Positions 6,782 to 17,771 of a DNA stretch of 32,069 nt are shown here, piece by piece. Below the pieces are notes generated by a model, which was given only the letters and a program-made list of their open reading frames with translations, did not search any database and was not told the DNA's origin. The first letter of the stretch is position 1. Every line of letters starts with the position of its first letter. A program made the position numbers and the translations under genes. This DNA is from an uncultured Isosphaeraceae bacterium (GTDB taxonomy: Bacteria; Planctomycetota; Phycisphaerae; Phycisphaerales; SM1A02). The stretch covers positions 7,826 to 39,894 of the forward strand of contig CAYYGU010000003.1 of the NCBI GenBank assembly GCA_964471525.1, read 5' to 3'.

Positions 6782-9634
6782 TCAGGGGATTACATTGACG
6801 ATCTTGCCGGGGACGACGATGACTCTGCGGGGCGCGGCGCCAGCAAGGAGTTCAGCGACATGCTCGTCGGCCAGCGCCGCGGCGATGACATCTTCTTCGG
6901 CTGCGTCGGCTGGAACACTGATGCGACCACGGACCTTCCCCTTCACCTGAACAGGGAGTTCGATGGACTCATCGACGAGCATCGACTCGTCAAAGTCCGG
7001 CCACTGGGCGAGTGAACACAGCCCTTCGCGGCCAAGCTTGGCGTGGAATTCTTCGGCAATGTGTGGGGCAAAGGGGCACAGGATGCGAGCAAAGCAATCC
7101 AACTGATCTGCCGTCAGGCCGCCCTGCTGGGTGGCAAGATTGACGAACTCGATCATGGCAGCAATGGCGGTGTTGTAGGCGAGCCGCTCGATATCGTCGC
7201 CGACTTTGGCGATTGTGCGGTGCAAGAGACGTTCGACATCCACGATCGGCGCTTCCAGAAGCGAGAGTTCGCCGGTCTCTTCATTCACGGCGAGCCGCCA
7301 CGCTCGCTGCAGGAATCGAAACACGCCAATGATGTCTCGCGTATTCCATGGTTTCGAGGCGTCGAGCGGACCCATATACATCTCATAGAGCCTGAACGTG
7401 TCCGCGCCGTACTCTGCGATGACGTCATCCGGGTTGACGACGTTTCGGAGCGACTTGCTCATCTTGGCGACGATCCGTTCGACCGCTTCTCCGCTTGCGC
7501 GTTCGATCGAGCGATCCTCGTCAACCTCGTCAATTGGAACCAGCGATCCATCGCCACGCTTGTAGGCGAAGCTTGTCAGCAACCCCTGGTGAAAGAGCGT
7601 TCGAAATGGCTCGTCCGAACTGAGATGGCCCAGGTCATGCAGCAACTTGTGCCAGAATCGGGCATAGAGAAGGTGCATGACGGCATGTTCGGCGCCGCCG
7701 ACATAGAGGTCGACGCCACCTGCGGACGTGTCGGTGGATCCGAGCCAGTACCGCTCGGCCGCCTCGCCGACAAAGTCGGTGTCGTTGGTGGGGTCGCAGT
7801 ACCGAATGTAGTACCAGCATGAGCCAGCCCACCCGGGCATCGTATTTGTCTCGCGGCGAACCGGCGTATCAGGCGGCAGCAATGATGGATCAACGCCGGC
7901 TTGGCCCGCTGTCGTCTCGACCCACGCCTTGACCTTTCCCAGAAGTGGTTGTGGGTTCTCGCTGACCGCTGGCTCGTAGTCATCGAGATCGGGGAGCGAC
8001 ACGGGAAGATGTTGGGTTGACACCGGGTAGTGGGTGCCATCCTCGGTCTGCACGATTGGAAAGGGCTCGCCCCAGTAGCGTTGACGGGAGAACAGCCAGT
8101 CCTTGATGCGCCAACTGGTGCGCCCGCTGCCATGGCCTCCGAGTTCGGCCCAATGAATGACGGCCGCCTTTGCATCAGCCGTCGGAAGGCCATCGATATC
8201 GAGTTGATCGCAGCATGAGTTGATGGCGGTTCCGTCGCCGCACCAGCATTCATCCTCGGTCTCGGCGGCGGGCTTGACCACTTCGACAATGGGCAGCCCA
8301 TACTTCAGCGCGAAGGCGTGGTCCCGATCATCGTGTCCGGGAACCGCCATGATGGCGCCGTGGCCGTATCCGGCCAACACGTAGTCAGAAACCCAAATCG
8401 GGATGGGCTCACCCGTCGCGGGATGGGTGGCGTGGATTCCCAGTGGATGGCCGGTCTTGTTCTTTCCTTCCGCCATCCGATCGATATTGGATCGATTCTT
8501 CGCCGACTCGACGTACTCGCGGATGGCCGACACATCGCAGTCATGTGGCGGATCATTCAGTACCTGCTCAACACGCGGATGCTCCGGCGCAAGCACCATG
8601 AAGGTGACGCCGAGCAGGGTGTCGGGCCTGCTCGTGAAGACTTCGATTTCGCCCGATCGCTCGACGATGGGGAATCGCAGGTCGGCACCTTCGCTCCGGC
8701 CAATCCAGTTGGCCTGCGCGGTGCGGGTGGAATCGGGCCAATTGAGTTCGTCGAGCGATCCGAGCAGCCGTTCCGCAAACGCCGTGATGCGGAACAACCA
8801 CTGCCGAAGCGGTCGCCGAACGACCGGATGGCCGCCGCGTTCGGATCGTCCGTCTATGACCTCTTCGTTCGCGAGCACCGTGCCGAGCTTTGGACACCAA
8901 TTGACGGTTTCTTCGCCCAGATAGGCCAGACGGTGTCCGTCGATGATGTTCCGCTGCTCGATCTTCGTGAAGTCCACCCATGCCTTCGGGTTTGCCGCCG
9001 CGGTGTTCCAGGACAGGCACCCATCGTGATCGAGACAGGCTTCACCGGTCTCAAGGGCATCGATCAACTCGGAGATGGGCCGCGCCCGCTCAAATCGGTG
9101 GTCGTACCAGGACGACCACGCCTGCAGCCAGATCCACTGGGTCCATTTGTAATAGTCCTCGTCGATCGTGGCGAACTCACGATCCCAGTCGTACGAGAAA
9201 CCGAATCGCTGCAACTGTCGGCGAAATGTGTCGATGGCTTTGACGGTGGTTTCTCGCGGGTGTACGCCCGTATCGATGGCGTACTGCTCTGCCGGCAAGC
9301 CGAAAGCGTCCCACCCCATCGGGTGCAGCACATTGTCGCCTCGCATGCGGCGGTACCGGCACACGATGTCCGTCCCGATGTATCCAATCGGATGCCCGAC
9401 ATGCAGTCCCTTCCCGGATGGGTAGGGGAACATGTCGAGGCAATAGAACCGGCGGGACGCGGCATCAAAGCCTTCGTCGCCGGGATTGATCGCACGAAAT
9501 GCCGCTGCCGCTGCCCACGCCTTCTGCCATCGGCCTTCGATGTCATTCGCAAGCCCGGAGGTATAGCGGTGGCTCGGCCCTGACTCGGTTGGTTGAACAC
9601 CAGCCTGTTCGCTCACTTCGTGCGTGTCGCCCAT
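6782..9634 (-). CDS. leuS: Leucine--tRNA ligase
   Basis: 950-aa ORF with FYCLDMFPYPSGKGLHVGHPIGY (HIGH-type motif), AKMSKSLRN (KMSKS) and a long CP1/editing insertion. ATG is at 9634. Confidence 0.95.
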   Translation of the reverse strand: MGDTHEVSEQAGVQPTESGPSHRYTSGLANDIEGRWQKAWAAAAAFRAINPGDEGFDAASRRFYCLDMFPYPSGKGLHVGHPIGYIGTDIVCRYRRMRGDNVLHPMGWDAFGLPAEQYAIDTGVHPRETTVKAIDTFRRQLQRFGFSYDWDREFATIDEDYYKWTQWIWLQAWSSWYDHRFERARPISELIDALETGEACLDHDGCLSWNTAAANPKAWVDFTKIEQRNIIDGHRLAYLGEETVNWCPKLGTVLANEEVIDGRSERGGHPVVRRPLRQWLFRITAFAERLLGSLDELNWPDSTRTAQANWIGRSEGADLRFPIVERSGEIEVFTSRPDTLLGVTFMVLAPEHPRVEQVLNDPPHDCDVSAIREYVESAKNRSNIDRMAEGKNKTGHPLGIHATHPATGEPIPIWVSDYVLAGYGHGAIMAVPGHDDRDHAFALKYGLPIVEVVKPAAETEDECWCGDGTAINSCCDQLDIDGLPTADAKAAVIHWAELGGHGSGRTSWRIKDWLFSRQRYWGEPFPIVQTEDGTHYPVSTQHLPVSLPDLDDYEPAVSENPQPLLGKVKAWVETTAGQAGVDPSLLPPDTPVRRETNTMPGWAGSCWYYIRYCDPTNDTDFVGEAAERYWLGSTDTSAGGVDLYVGGAEHAVMHLLYARFWHKLLHDLGHLSSDEPFRTLFHQGLLTSFAYKRGDGSLVPIDEVDEDRSIERASGEAVERIVAKMSKSLRNVVNPDDVIAEYGADTFRLYEMYMGPLDASKPWNTRDIIGVFRFLQRAWRLAVNEETGELSLLEAPIVDVERLLHRTIAKVGDDIERLAYNTAIAAMIEFVNLATQQGGLTADQLDCFARILCPFAPHIAEEFHAKLGREGLCSLAQWPDFDESMLVDESIELPVQVKGKVRGRISVPADAAEEDVIAAALADEHVAELLAGAAPRRVIVVPGKIVNVIP

Positions 9635-9706
9635 AGCGGGGCAAGGTAGTGCATGCGGGAAGAAAGAGGGTTGCCCCCTGCGTCCCTTCAGCGAAGCCGT
9701 ACGCCC

Positions 9707-11134
9707 CTAGGCCTGTCGTTGGCGAATCTGTTCAAGAAATGCCATCGTTTCACCTACGAGATAGAAACTGCCGGTCACACAGATCAGATCTTCGCGGCCA
9801 GTGGCCTGCGATGCAATCTGAATGGCCTTCTCGACCGTCGGCGCCGACTGGCAGGTCCGATTGCGGAGTTTTTCGAAGCGTTTGACCAGATCCTCGGGTT
9901 CCATGGCGCGGGGCTGATTGGCAGCTTTGGTGAAGATAATCTTGTCGCCGCCGATTGCGAGTTTTTCGAGATTGGCATCGACATCCTTGTCTGCATTGCA
10001 GCCGAAGATGCAAATCATCGAGTCAAAGGACAGGTGCGAACCGATGCCCCGCATGAGGGCTTGCATCGACGCAGGATTGTGGGCGCCGTCCACAAGAATG
10101 CGTGGCCGGTTCCAGACCAGATCCATGCGGCCGGGATTCTTGGTCTTGGCGAGCCCGCGGAAGATGACCGATTCATCGAATTCATCCGCCTTGCCACCCA
10201 CCATGTCAAGCGCAGCAAGCGCCAGCGCGCAGTTGTCTGCTTGATGGGCTCCCGGGAGCGGAACGGGCAGGTGCATATAGTGGATTCGCTCACCCAGAAG
10301 GCAGACCCGCATGTGGGCGCCGCTTTCGTCGGTAACACAGAATCGGCTGCTGAATTCGATTTCCTTGCCGATGAAGCGAAGTTCGGTGCCGACTTCCTCG
10401 GCAACCTCTCGAAGCACCGCTTCAACCTCAGGTTCTTGTTTGACCGAGACCGCGGGAACTCCTGGCTTGAAGATGCCAGCTTTCTCCCGAGCGATTTCAG
10501 CGAGCGTGTCGCCGAGCAAGTACTGATGGTCGTAGTCGATTCGAGTGATCAGTGATACGGCCGGCGTCAGGACATTGGTGGCGTCGAGGCGACCGCCAAG
10601 ACCGGTTTCGATGATGGCGACATCGGTGGCTGCTTCGGCGAAATGTGCGAAGGACATCGCGGTGATGATTTCGAAGAAGGATGCGTCCGGAGCCACATCG
10701 TCGGCCGCCTTGCTCACTTCCTTGGCGAGTTTGGCAAAGGCTGCCTGTGAGATGTTGACGTCGTTGATCGTGATCCGTTCGCGGATGTCCATCAGGTGCG
10801 GCGATGTGTAGGTACCCGTGGTCCACCCGCAGCCCTCAAGCATCGATCGCATCATTGCGACGGTCGAGCCCTTGCCGATGGTGCCAGCAATGTGGACGGC
10901 GTTGATGTCGCGATGGGGGTCGCCCAGAACCTTCAGAATCGCCTCCATTCGAGCGAGTTTGAAGGACTTCCGATCGATGCGACCGGGTCGCAGCCGCTCG
11001 AAATTGGGCCGATCAAGCAGCGATTTCACCGCGGATGGGAAGGTCTTGATCGTTTGGGCGGTCGTCTTCTTTGCCCGGGCTGCCGGCTTTCGGGTGGTGG
11101 CTGTACGAGTCGTTTTTGTGCGGGTGGTTGCCAT
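9707..11134 (-). CDS. folC: Bifunctional folylpolyglutamate synthase/dihydrofolate synthase with a Thr/Arg/Lys-rich N-terminal extension
   Basis: 475-aa ORF with the Mur-ligase P-loop GTIGKGST, plus YTSPHL and VDGAHNP. The first ~30 aa are MATTRTKTTRTATTRKPAARAKKTTAQTIK. Confidence 0.9.
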   Translation of the reverse strand: MATTRTKTTRTATTRKPAARAKKTTAQTIKTFPSAVKSLLDRPNFERLRPGRIDRKSFKLARMEAILKVLGDPHRDINAVHIAGTIGKGSTVAMMRSMLEGCGWTTGTYTSPHLMDIRERITINDVNISQAAFAKLAKEVSKAADDVAPDASFFEIITAMSFAHFAEAATDVAIIETGLGGRLDATNVLTPAVSLITRIDYDHQYLLGDTLAEIAREKAGIFKPGVPAVSVKQEPEVEAVLREVAEEVGTELRFIGKEIEFSSRFCVTDESGAHMRVCLLGERIHYMHLPVPLPGAHQADNCALALAALDMVGGKADEFDESVIFRGLAKTKNPGRMDLVWNRPRILVDGAHNPASMQALMRGIGSHLSFDSMICIFGCNADKDVDANLEKLAIGGDKIIFTKAANQPRAMEPEDLVKRFEKLRNRTCQSAPTVEKAIQIASQATGREDLICVTGSFYLVGETMAFLEQIRQRQA

Positions 11135-11180
11135 AGCCTGCTCAGGATATCAAGATGGCCATTCTGATTCAAATAGGCAA

Positions 11181-11211
11181 CTGTAAGTCATGGCGAGACA
11201 GTGGCTTACAG
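11181..11211. promoter_or_regulatory. Inverted repeat CTGTAAG-N17-CTTACAG in the divergent folC/hpt intergenic region (operator-like; function unknown)
   Basis: Read directly: CTGTAAG at 11181-11187 and its reverse complement CTTACAG at 11205-11211. They lie in the 133-nt, comparatively AT-rich gap between folC (start 11134, minus) and hpt (start 11268, plus). Confidence 0.25.
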
Positions 11212-11267
11212 AACCGGCCATTCGGTAGCATGTTGGCCCGTTACCGCCTCGGTAGCATTGAGGGACC

Positions 11268-11852
11268 ATGTACAGCCGCATCGACCGCATTCTCATCGAC
11301 CGCGATTCTATTGCCGACAGAGTGGAGCAACTGGGGAGCCACTTGGTGGCCGACCTTGGGTCGGTGGCCGACCAGAGCCGCCTGATGGTGGTGCCGGTGA
11401 TGACGGGCAGTTTGTTCTTTACCGCGGATCTGATGCGGCATCTTCCCTTGGCATTCCGCATTCAACCCGTCACGGTGTCCTCCTACCCCGGGGCGAGCAC
11501 AACAAGCCAGGGAATCAAAGAAACGTCACGGATGCCGGAGGGAATCGAGGGCATGACGGTGCTTGTCGTGGACGACATTCTCGACTCCGGCCGCACGCTC
11601 GAGCATTTGCGGGTTTCCATGCTGAATGCAGGCGCTGCGGATGTCCGATTCTGCGTCTTGCTTCGCAAGGATGTCCCGCGGGTGGTTGAAGTGGAGTGCC
11701 ACTATGTGGGCTTCGATATTCCCGACTCCTTCGTCGTTGGCTACGGGCTCGACTATGACGGTCTGTATCGCAACGTCCCCGACATCGCCGTCATGAAGGG
11801 TGGTCCACGACCGGAAGCGGCGGACGGGGTTTCTGGCGCCGGGGGCCAGTAG
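11268..11852 (+). CDS. hpt: Hypoxanthine(-guanine) phosphoribosyltransferase
   Basis: 194-aa ORF with the PRPP-binding motif VLVVDDILDSGRTL and DIPDSFVVGYGLDYDGLYRN. Confidence 0.9.
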   Translation: MYSRIDRILIDRDSIADRVEQLGSHLVADLGSVADQSRLMVVPVMTGSLFFTADLMRHLPLAFRIQPVTVSSYPGASTTSQGIKETSRMPEGIEGMTVLVVDDILDSGRTLEHLRVSMLNAGAADVRFCVLLRKDVPRVVEVECHYVGFDIPDSFVVGYGLDYDGLYRNVPDIAVMKGGPRPEAADGVSGAGGQ

Positions 11853-11873
11853 TCGCCGCCGCAGCCGCCTTCC

Positions 11874-12806
11874 TCAGGCTGGGCTTGGCACGGTTTCCAG
11901 AATCTGCTGCATCAATCGCCTTGCAGTCAACGTATCGCCTTCGTGCATCGTCGATCGGCTGATGATGCGGTGGGCGCACACGGGAAGGGCGTTGAAAACG
12001 ATGTCTTCGGGGATGCAGTAGTCGCGGCCGGCGATCAAGGCGGTGGCTTTTGCGGCCTGCGCCAAGGCGAGCGATCCACGGGGGCTGACACCGATTTGAA
12101 TATCATCGTGCGTCCGCGTCGCGCTCGCCAGCGCGATGATGTAATCGATCAGTGACTGTTCAAGCTTCACGGCGTCCGTCGCGTCCTGCATCATCGACAC
12201 ATCACCGGGCGACATGACCGCCTCAAGAGTGCGGAGTTCACGCCGCGCTGGTTGCTGCTCGATGACGCGAGCTTCATCGGGCGGCGCGGGGTAGCCCAGG
12301 TTGACACGCATCAGAAAGCGATCGAGTTGGTTTTCCGGCAGGAAGTAGGTGCCCTCAAACTCGTAGGGGTTCTGCGTAGCGACCACCATGAACGGGCTTG
12401 GCAATTCGTGCGTGGTGCCGTCTACCGTGACGGTGTCTTCGGCCATCGCTTCGAGCAGCGCCGATTGCGTTCGGGGCGTCGCGCGGTTGATCTCGTCGGC
12501 AATGACAATGTTGTGAAAGATCGGCCCCGGCTGAAATCGGAAGTTGCTGTGCTCCCGCTCATAGATGGTGATGCCCGTCACGTCGCTTGGAAGCAGGTCC
12601 GGCGTGCATTGAATGCGGGACATTGTGCCGCCAACGCTCTTGGCAACGGCTCGGGCCAGCACCGTCTTGCCGACACCCGGCACATCCTCGATGAGCAGAT
12701 GCCCCCTCGCCAGAAGGCAGGCAATGACCCGATCCACTGCAGCCACGTTTCCGAGGAAGACGGAGGTGATATTCTCACGGAGTTGATTCAAGCGTTGATC
12801 GTGCAT
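11874..12806 (-). CDS. moxR: MoxR-family AAA+ ATPase
   Basis: Walker A LLIEDVPGVGKT, Walker B IVIADEINRATP, VVATQNP, and the C-terminal lid ...GVSPRGSLAL. Met codon 85 of ORF 11874..13058 (ATG at 12806, MHDQRLNQLRENI...) gives a typical 310-aa MoxR. The 84-codon upstream extension is Gly/Arg/His-rich and is rejected. Confidence 0.85.
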   Translation of the reverse strand: MHDQRLNQLRENITSVFLGNVAAVDRVIACLLARGHLLIEDVPGVGKTVLARAVAKSVGGTMSRIQCTPDLLPSDVTGITIYEREHSNFRFQPGPIFHNIVIADEINRATPRTQSALLEAMAEDTVTVDGTTHELPSPFMVVATQNPYEFEGTYFLPENQLDRFLMRVNLGYPAPPDEARVIEQQPARRELRTLEAVMSPGDVSMMQDATDAVKLEQSLIDYIIALASATRTHDDIQIGVSPRGSLALAQAAKATALIAGRDYCIPEDIVFNALPVCAHRIISRSTMHEGDTLTARRLMQQILETVPSPA

Positions 12807-12884
12807 TGCAGGACGATGAGTATAGGCCCTGCCAACGCTCCTCCCACTCCCCCGTTTGGAGCTGCCGTGAGTCGTATTCCCACC

Positions 12885-13796
12885 ATGTTGATGGGGGCCG
12901 ATGGGCCTGAGCATCTGGCTGGCCGCCGAGTGGCCCAGTCGCTTGAATGCCTTCGGTGCATGTATGACCTCAACGGTGCCGAGGCGGATGGCCGTTGCCC
13001 CGAGTGCGGGATGCCCGTGCCGTTTTCGCTTGCCGGATCCATCGATCCCATCGTCCACTCGCTCTCGCCGCTTCCGAATCCGCGAGCGGTGGGCAGGGGA
13101 CTGGTGGCGGTGGCGTGTGCGTTGGCGATGCTGCCTACTGCGGTTTTTGTGTGGGGTTGCTGGTTCGTCTGGTATCTGTCGGAGGGCTCCGGCCCGGGCA
13201 GCCGCTTCTCGCTTCCTCCGGTCCCTGTCTGGCTTCCAGACAGGCTGTGGTGGTATCTCGCCCTGGCGATCCTTGTACTTGGTGGCGTGGCCCTGTGGAG
13301 TTTCAAGCCGCAGGCGAAGGGCCGCGTGCCTGCCGGTACGGTTCGATCGGTGCTGCTGTTGGCGATCGGAGTTGGCCTGTCGGTGGTCGCGGTCGCGGCA
13401 ATCCCTCTTGCGAGCAGCGGTTCGGTCAAGCCATGGGTATTGGTGTCCTCGCTCCTCTTTCCGCTGCCGGGCCTGGCGATCATGCTGGTCGGTTTCCGCG
13501 GCCTGCTGCTCGATGTTGGAACACGGTCAAGTACCTTTCGTCGGGCCAATGTGCGTCGCCAGCGGATACCGCCGCTGTTGGCAGCCCTCGGTCTGGGTGC
13601 AGCAGCATGGGGGGGCTTGGTGCTGTCGCTTCAGATGGGCGAGTCGGCTCGGGCGATCTCGCTGGCGGTTGGTCTGCTGGCGATCACATTTGTCATGATC
13701 GGCTGTTGGTATCTGCTGCTCAACGCGTGGTGGATCTGCCGGGCCTTGTATGCCCCGCCCGAGCGACTTCGGGATTTGCTGACCCCCAGGGGCTGA
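12885..13796 (+). CDS. Zinc-ribbon (CxxC-x12-CxxC) polytopic membrane protein, ~6 TM helices, unknown function
   Basis: Within ORF 12252..13796 only the part after the moxR start is free of overlap. The in-frame ATG 12885 gives MLMGADG...CLRCMYDLNGAEADGRCPECGMPV, followed by about six hydrophobic stretches (e.g. GLVAVACALAMLPTAVFVWGCWFVW, LWWYLALAILVLGGVALW, AISLAVGLLAITFVMIGCWYLLL). ATG 12816 is an alternative start. Confidence 0.6.
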   Translation: MLMGADGPEHLAGRRVAQSLECLRCMYDLNGAEADGRCPECGMPVPFSLAGSIDPIVHSLSPLPNPRAVGRGLVAVACALAMLPTAVFVWGCWFVWYLSEGSGPGSRFSLPPVPVWLPDRLWWYLALAILVLGGVALWSFKPQAKGRVPAGTVRSVLLLAIGVGLSVVAVAAIPLASSGSVKPWVLVSSLLFPLPGLAIMLVGFRGLLLDVGTRSSTFRRANVRRQRIPPLLAALGLGAAAWGGLVLSLQMGESARAISLAVGLLAITFVMIGCWYLLLNAWWICRALYAPPERLRDLLTPRG

Positions 13797-13801
13797 GTAG
13801 C

Positions 13802-13820
13802 CTCTGCCAAGGTGGCAGGG
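13802..13820 (+). terminator. Short stem-loop immediately after the membrane-protein stop (possible weak terminator)
   Basis: CTGCCA (13804-13809), AGG loop, TGGCAG (13813-13818), extended by a T-G wobble and a C-G pair. It starts 6 nt after the TGA at 13794-13796. There is no T-tract. Confidence 0.25.
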
Positions 13821-13969
13821 ATCGCATCTCCGCGTGTCCCACACACCGCCCCATCGGCCCCCTCATCGCGAGGGGATCGCCATTATCTGGGCTGTAGCGG
13901 GTCTTCTCCACTTTGGCGCGCCAGTTGCGGGGAGTCCCCAGCGCTTCGCGCCGGGCATGGGCCCCGTGA

Positions 13970-15712
<1,743 letters not shown>

Positions 15713-15812
15713 GCATCTCTTTCTCACAGTATTCGCACTGAATCACACGCCGGTCCGCCGGCGACAACACGAACACAGGTTCCGGCCGACGAGCCGGACG
15801 GAGGACAGCGCA

Positions 15813-16100
15813 ATGGCAGTCAAACCCCTCGAAGACCGAGTGATCATCCTTCCCCTCGAGGCCGATGATCGGACCGAGTCGGGCATCTATCTCCCCGAGT
15901 CAGCCAAGGAAAAACCCGTGCAGGGAAAGGTCGTCGCGTGCGGCCCCGGCAAACGTCTGGACAATGGCGAGCGGATCAAGCCCAGCGTCAGCAAGGGCGA
16001 CACCGTCGTGTACGGCAAGTATGCGGGTACCGAAATCGAGATCAAGAACACCAAGCACCTGATCGTGCGAGAGAGCGAACTGCTCGGCATCATCGAGTGA
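15813..16100 (+). CDS. groES: Co-chaperonin GroES (Cpn10)
   Basis: The internal ATG 15813 of ORF 15522..16100 gives the 95-aa [46 protein letters not shown]...[16 protein letters not shown]. The upstream part of that ORF is a frame-shifted read of the GGM repeat and is rejected. Confidence 0.93.
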   Translation: MAVKPLEDRVIILPLEADDRTESGIYLPESAKEKPVQGKVVACGPGKRLDNGERIKPSVSKGDTVVYGKYAGTEIEIKNTKHLIVRESELLGIIE

Positions 16101-16137
16101 ACTCCGCTCCAGTAGCACCCTCTCAGGAGATACAGCA

Positions 16138-17751
16138 ATGTCCGTCAAACAAATGAAATTCGATGCCGAAGCACGCGAGGACTTCCTCAGCGGCGTCAGC
16201 CAGTTGGCCCGCGCGGTCGCTTCGACCATGGGCCCGAGTGGCCGCAACGTCGTCGTGCAGAAGTCGTTTGGTGGCCCATCCGTCACCAAGGATGGCGTCT
16301 CGGTCTCGAAAGAGATTGAACTGGAAAGCCCCTTTCAGAACATGGGCGCTCAAATGGTGCATCAGGTCGCGAAGAAGACGGCCGATGTTGCTGGTGACGG
16401 GACCACTACGGCAACCGTCATCGCCGAGGCAATCTACCGGGAGGGCATCCGCCATGTCACTGCTGGCGGCAACGCCGTCGCGATTCAGCGGGGCATCAAT
16501 AACGCGGCAAAGGCTGCATGCGCCGCTGTCGAGGCATCTGCGACGGAGTGCCGCGGCAAGGACGACCTTCGCAAGATCGCCACGGTATCGGCGAATCACG
16601 ACACCGAGATTGGCGATTTGATTGCAGAGGCGATCAACAAGGTTGGTCACGATGGTGTCGTCGAGATCGAAGAAGGCAAGGCTGCCGACACGACACTCGA
16701 CTATGTCGAGGGCATGGCATTCGACAAGGGATACCTCAGCCCGTACTTCATGACCGATCCAAAGAGCGCCGAGTGCGTGCTTGAAGACGCCTATATTCTG
16801 CTCTTCGAGAAGAAGATCTCCAACCTCCCGGACCTACTTCCGCTGCTCAACACCGCAGCAAGCAGCGGCAAACCACTGCTGATTATCGCTGAGGATGTCG
16901 AGAACGAGGCGCTCGCAGCACTCGTCGTCAATAGACTTCGTGGCGTGCTGCAGGTGTGCGCAGTCAAGGCTCCGGGCTTTGGCGAGCGTCGCAAGGCGAT
17001 GCTCGGCGACATCGCAGCACTCACCGGCGGCACATTCTTCGCCGAGGATCTCGGACGCAATCTTGAGGATGTTCAGACCAACGAATTGGGAACCGCCAAG
17101 CGGATCATCGTCAACAAGGACAGCACGACGCTCATCAAGGGTGGCGGCAAAAAGTCCGATGTCCAGATGCGCGTCAAGCAGATTCAGACGCAGATCGAGG
17201 CGTCCACCAGTGACTACGACGGCGAAAAACTCCGTGAACGGCTCGCCAAGTTGACCGGTGGCGTCGCCGTGGTCTCGGTTGGTGGTTCGACGGAGACCGA
17301 GATGAAAGAGCGAAAGGACCGCGTCGATGACGCGCTCAACGCCACACGCTCTGCTGCCAAGGAGGGCTACGTGCCTGGTGGTGGTGTGGCGTATCTTCGC
17401 GCTCAGGAAGCCGTTGTCAAGGGCCGCGCCAAGGCCAAGGGCGATGAGAAGTACGGCTTTGACATCCTCTCTCGCGCACTGGAATCTCCGTGCGGTTGCA
17501 TTGCCGACAACACCGGCGTCGATGGCGATGTCGTCGTTGAGAAGGTCAAAGAGGGCAAGGACGGGTTCGGCTTCAACGCCGGAACCGGCGAGTACGGGGA
17601 CCTTGTCAAGGCTGGCATCATCGACCCGGCACTTGTTGTGTGCACCGCACTTCGAAACGCCGCCTCTGTGGCCGGACTCATGTTGACGACCGACGTCGCC
17701 TTGACGTCGCTCGACGACGACCTCGAGCCGGTCGAAGGTGCCGTGATCTGA
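16138..17751 (+). CDS. groEL: Chaperonin GroEL (Cpn60), paralog 2, with no GGM tail
   Basis: MSVKQMKFDAEAREDFL..., [39 protein letters not shown]. It ends ...LDDDLEPVEGAVI. AGGAG at 16125-16129 lies 8 nt before the ATG. Confidence 0.95.
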   Translation: MSVKQMKFDAEAREDFLSGVSQLARAVASTMGPSGRNVVVQKSFGGPSVTKDGVSVSKEIELESPFQNMGAQMVHQVAKKTADVAGDGTTTATVIAEAIYREGIRHVTAGGNAVAIQRGINNAAKAACAAVEASATECRGKDDLRKIATVSANHDTEIGDLIAEAINKVGHDGVVEIEEGKAADTTLDYVEGMAFDKGYLSPYFMTDPKSAECVLEDAYILLFEKKISNLPDLLPLLNTAASSGKPLLIIAEDVENEALAALVVNRLRGVLQVCAVKAPGFGERRKAMLGDIAALTGGTFFAEDLGRNLEDVQTNELGTAKRIIVNKDSTTLIKGGGKKSDVQMRVKQIQTQIEASTSDYDGEKLRERLAKLTGGVAVVSVGGSTETEMKERKDRVDDALNATRSAAKEGYVPGGGVAYLRAQEAVVKGRAKAKGDEKYGFDILSRALESPCGCIADNTGVDGDVVVEKVKEGKDGFGFNAGTGEYGDLVKAGIIDPALVVCTALRNAASVAGLMLTTDVALTSLDDDLEPVEGAVI

Positions 17752-17771
17752 TCGATCCTCCTCTCTCCCCG

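Noticed and set aside
7043-9583. Long plus-strand ORFs 7043..7822 (259 aa) and 8318..9583 (421 aa)
   Set aside because: They are antisense to leuS, have no recognisable motifs and show the composition typical of GC-rich antisense frames.
9638-9677. GGGGCAA...TTGCCCC 7-bp inverted repeat in the folC-leuS gap
   Set aside because: The stem is short, the loop is 26 nt and there is no U-tract. It is too weak to call a terminator or leader structure without folding or conservation data.
11135-11267. Possible purine (guanine) or PRPP riboswitch upstream of hpt
   Set aside because: I could not find the conserved purine-riboswitch junction and loop sequences. Only generic repeats are present (reported separately).
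12252-12884. 5' part of plus-strand ORF 12252..13796, and the 84-codon 5' extension of the moxR ORF (12807..13058)
   Set aside because: The first is antisense to moxR. The second is a Gly/Arg/His-rich extension that overlaps the zinc-ribbon gene. Internal Met starts (12885 and 12806) give proteins of normal architecture.
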